Shown here: in pieces, positions 62,792 to 64,000 of the stretch
How the letters are laid out: each line of letters opens with the position of its first letter
How positions within the stretch are numbered: the stretch's first letter is position 1
Source: Lytechinus pictus
Lineage: Eukaryota
Length of the DNA stretch: 64,000 nucleotides
NCBI RefSeq assembly: GCF_037042905.1
Contig: NC_087249.1
Coordinates: forward strand, 17,546,001-17,610,000
Reading direction: 5' to 3'
Program-made: the position numbers and the translations under genes
Notes under the pieces: generated by a model
Database searches by the model: none
Told to the model about the DNA's origin: nothing
Seen by the model: the letters and a program-made list of their open reading frames with translations, nothing else

Positions 62792-62857
62792 CTTGCGAGC
62801 TTGATGGATAAGTGACCTTCCCATCAAAATTACAGATCTCTTCCCAGTTGTCACGAA
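62792..62857 (-). CDS. HSD17B4: HSD17B4 exon: VRDNWEEICNFDGKVTYPSSSQ
   Basis: AG/GT-bounded 66-nt exon. Resembles VKANWKKICDF of MFE-2; phases are consistent. Confidence 0.9.
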
Positions 62858-63334
62858 CTAAAATAGAAAAAAGGAAAAAAAAAAGATAAAAGACGATTAG
62901 ATCTAAAGATAATTAATAGATAGAGAAATGCTGTCTTCGAAAGTTTACAAAACAATGCCTGGTCAAAGCAAAGTTAAAATCTTAAAAGGAATGATGAATT
63001 TGACATGTGCATGTACGTTTACTTGAATTTGGATGAAAACTCTGTAAATTGAATTTTTTCAGCCTACCAAAATAGCAAATAGTATACAAAGTGAAATAAT
63101 AAAAAAACATTCACTATATTGTAAGTCAACTTTAGCAGAAGTTACATGTATATATTAATTAATCATATGAAATCTCTTGCACACTGATAAATATGAACTA
63201 ATGTATTTTTTACAACATTTTACTTCAAAATTCAGAATGTACAAAATCACCACTACAAATTAATTTACATGTAGCAAATCTTGTATGAGAAAAAAACAGA
63301 CAAAGTGAAATAAAAATTCATTTGGAACACTGAC

Positions 63335-63400
63335 CCTGTTCAATTGTATATGGCTGATTAGGCTTCAGACAATTAGCACCTGCTGTCCTCTGCCATCGTA
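63335..63400 (-). CDS. HSD17B4: HSD17B4 internal exon (end of dehydrogenase domain): xRWQRTAGANCLKPNQPYTIEQ
   Basis: AG/GT-bounded 66-nt exon, phase 1-1. Resembles LRWERTLG...KNHPMTPE of MFE-2 and joins the next exon in frame. Confidence 0.88.
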
Positions 63401-64000
63401 CTGTGTCAAAATAGAGAAAATAGATGGAATTCTGAATTTAAAAAATAAATCAATGAGAAAAATGTGGAAATAATGTAGACTTGAACAACAGACAGCATCA
63501 CAATTACATCAACTTCAGAAGATTTATGTCTCTACTGATTTAAGGATACGATACAAAAAAAACATATACATAAATTTATATTTATTCTGTGACATAAAGC
63601 CTGTGACATCTTATTCTTTTCTTTTACCTTGTTAATGCCAGCCTCATGTCAGATTCTATTTAAGGATATTTTTTTTTACTTCCTTGCCCTACTGAGAGGG
63701 CTAGTACATGCATTGGGATTAACCCTACCAGGGGATAGAAAATTGATGGAGGGGATTAAAACTGTTGTAGGAATTTGGGGTTTTGTTCTATTAGCCAAAA
63801 CACAATATACCAGTATCACTTTTTACATTGCAATGTTAAAACCTGGAAAGTCGATGCCAAAAAATGTGATATCCCTATTAGGGCAAGGGTTTTATTCTCC
63901 TTTATTCCTTCCTTCTTTCTTTTCTTATCTTCTTTCTTTTTTACTATGTTTCTTTATTTCTTCCTTTCTATCTTTCTTTTTCCTTCCTTTCATGCTTTGT

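Overview
AT-rich, repeat-dense animal genomic DNA with GT-AG introns. The repeat families and gene structure suggest a marine invertebrate deuterostome, plausibly a sea urchin; this is inference, not a database result. There are two credible genes, both on the minus strand. (1) The last 14 coding exons of HSD17B4 (peroxisomal multifunctional enzyme type 2) at 63400->43200, covering the end of the dehydrogenase, hydratase-2 and SCP2 domains and ending -GKL. The 5' part of the gene lies beyond the window. (2) An intronless 829-aa type I membrane receptor at 28565->26076 with three Ig domains and a long tail rich in tyrosine motifs. Between them is an unrecognised, disabled ORF built from ~200-bp (66-67 aa) tandem repeats (36910->35207). 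The rest is mostly mobile DNA: a decayed Tx1/L1-clade LINE that appears to split a Kolobok-type MITE and is itself interrupted by a Harbinger MITE; a CR1/L2 RT fragment; the 3' end of a Penelope element with a candidate minimal hammerhead ribozyme; tRNA-derived SINEs; several TTAA-flanked MITEs; hAT-like MITEs; a small TIR element with a SAP-like ORF; and a 4.75-kb Academ-like foldback inside an HSD17B4 intron. All coordinates were read by eye and most short ORFs in the track are spurious.
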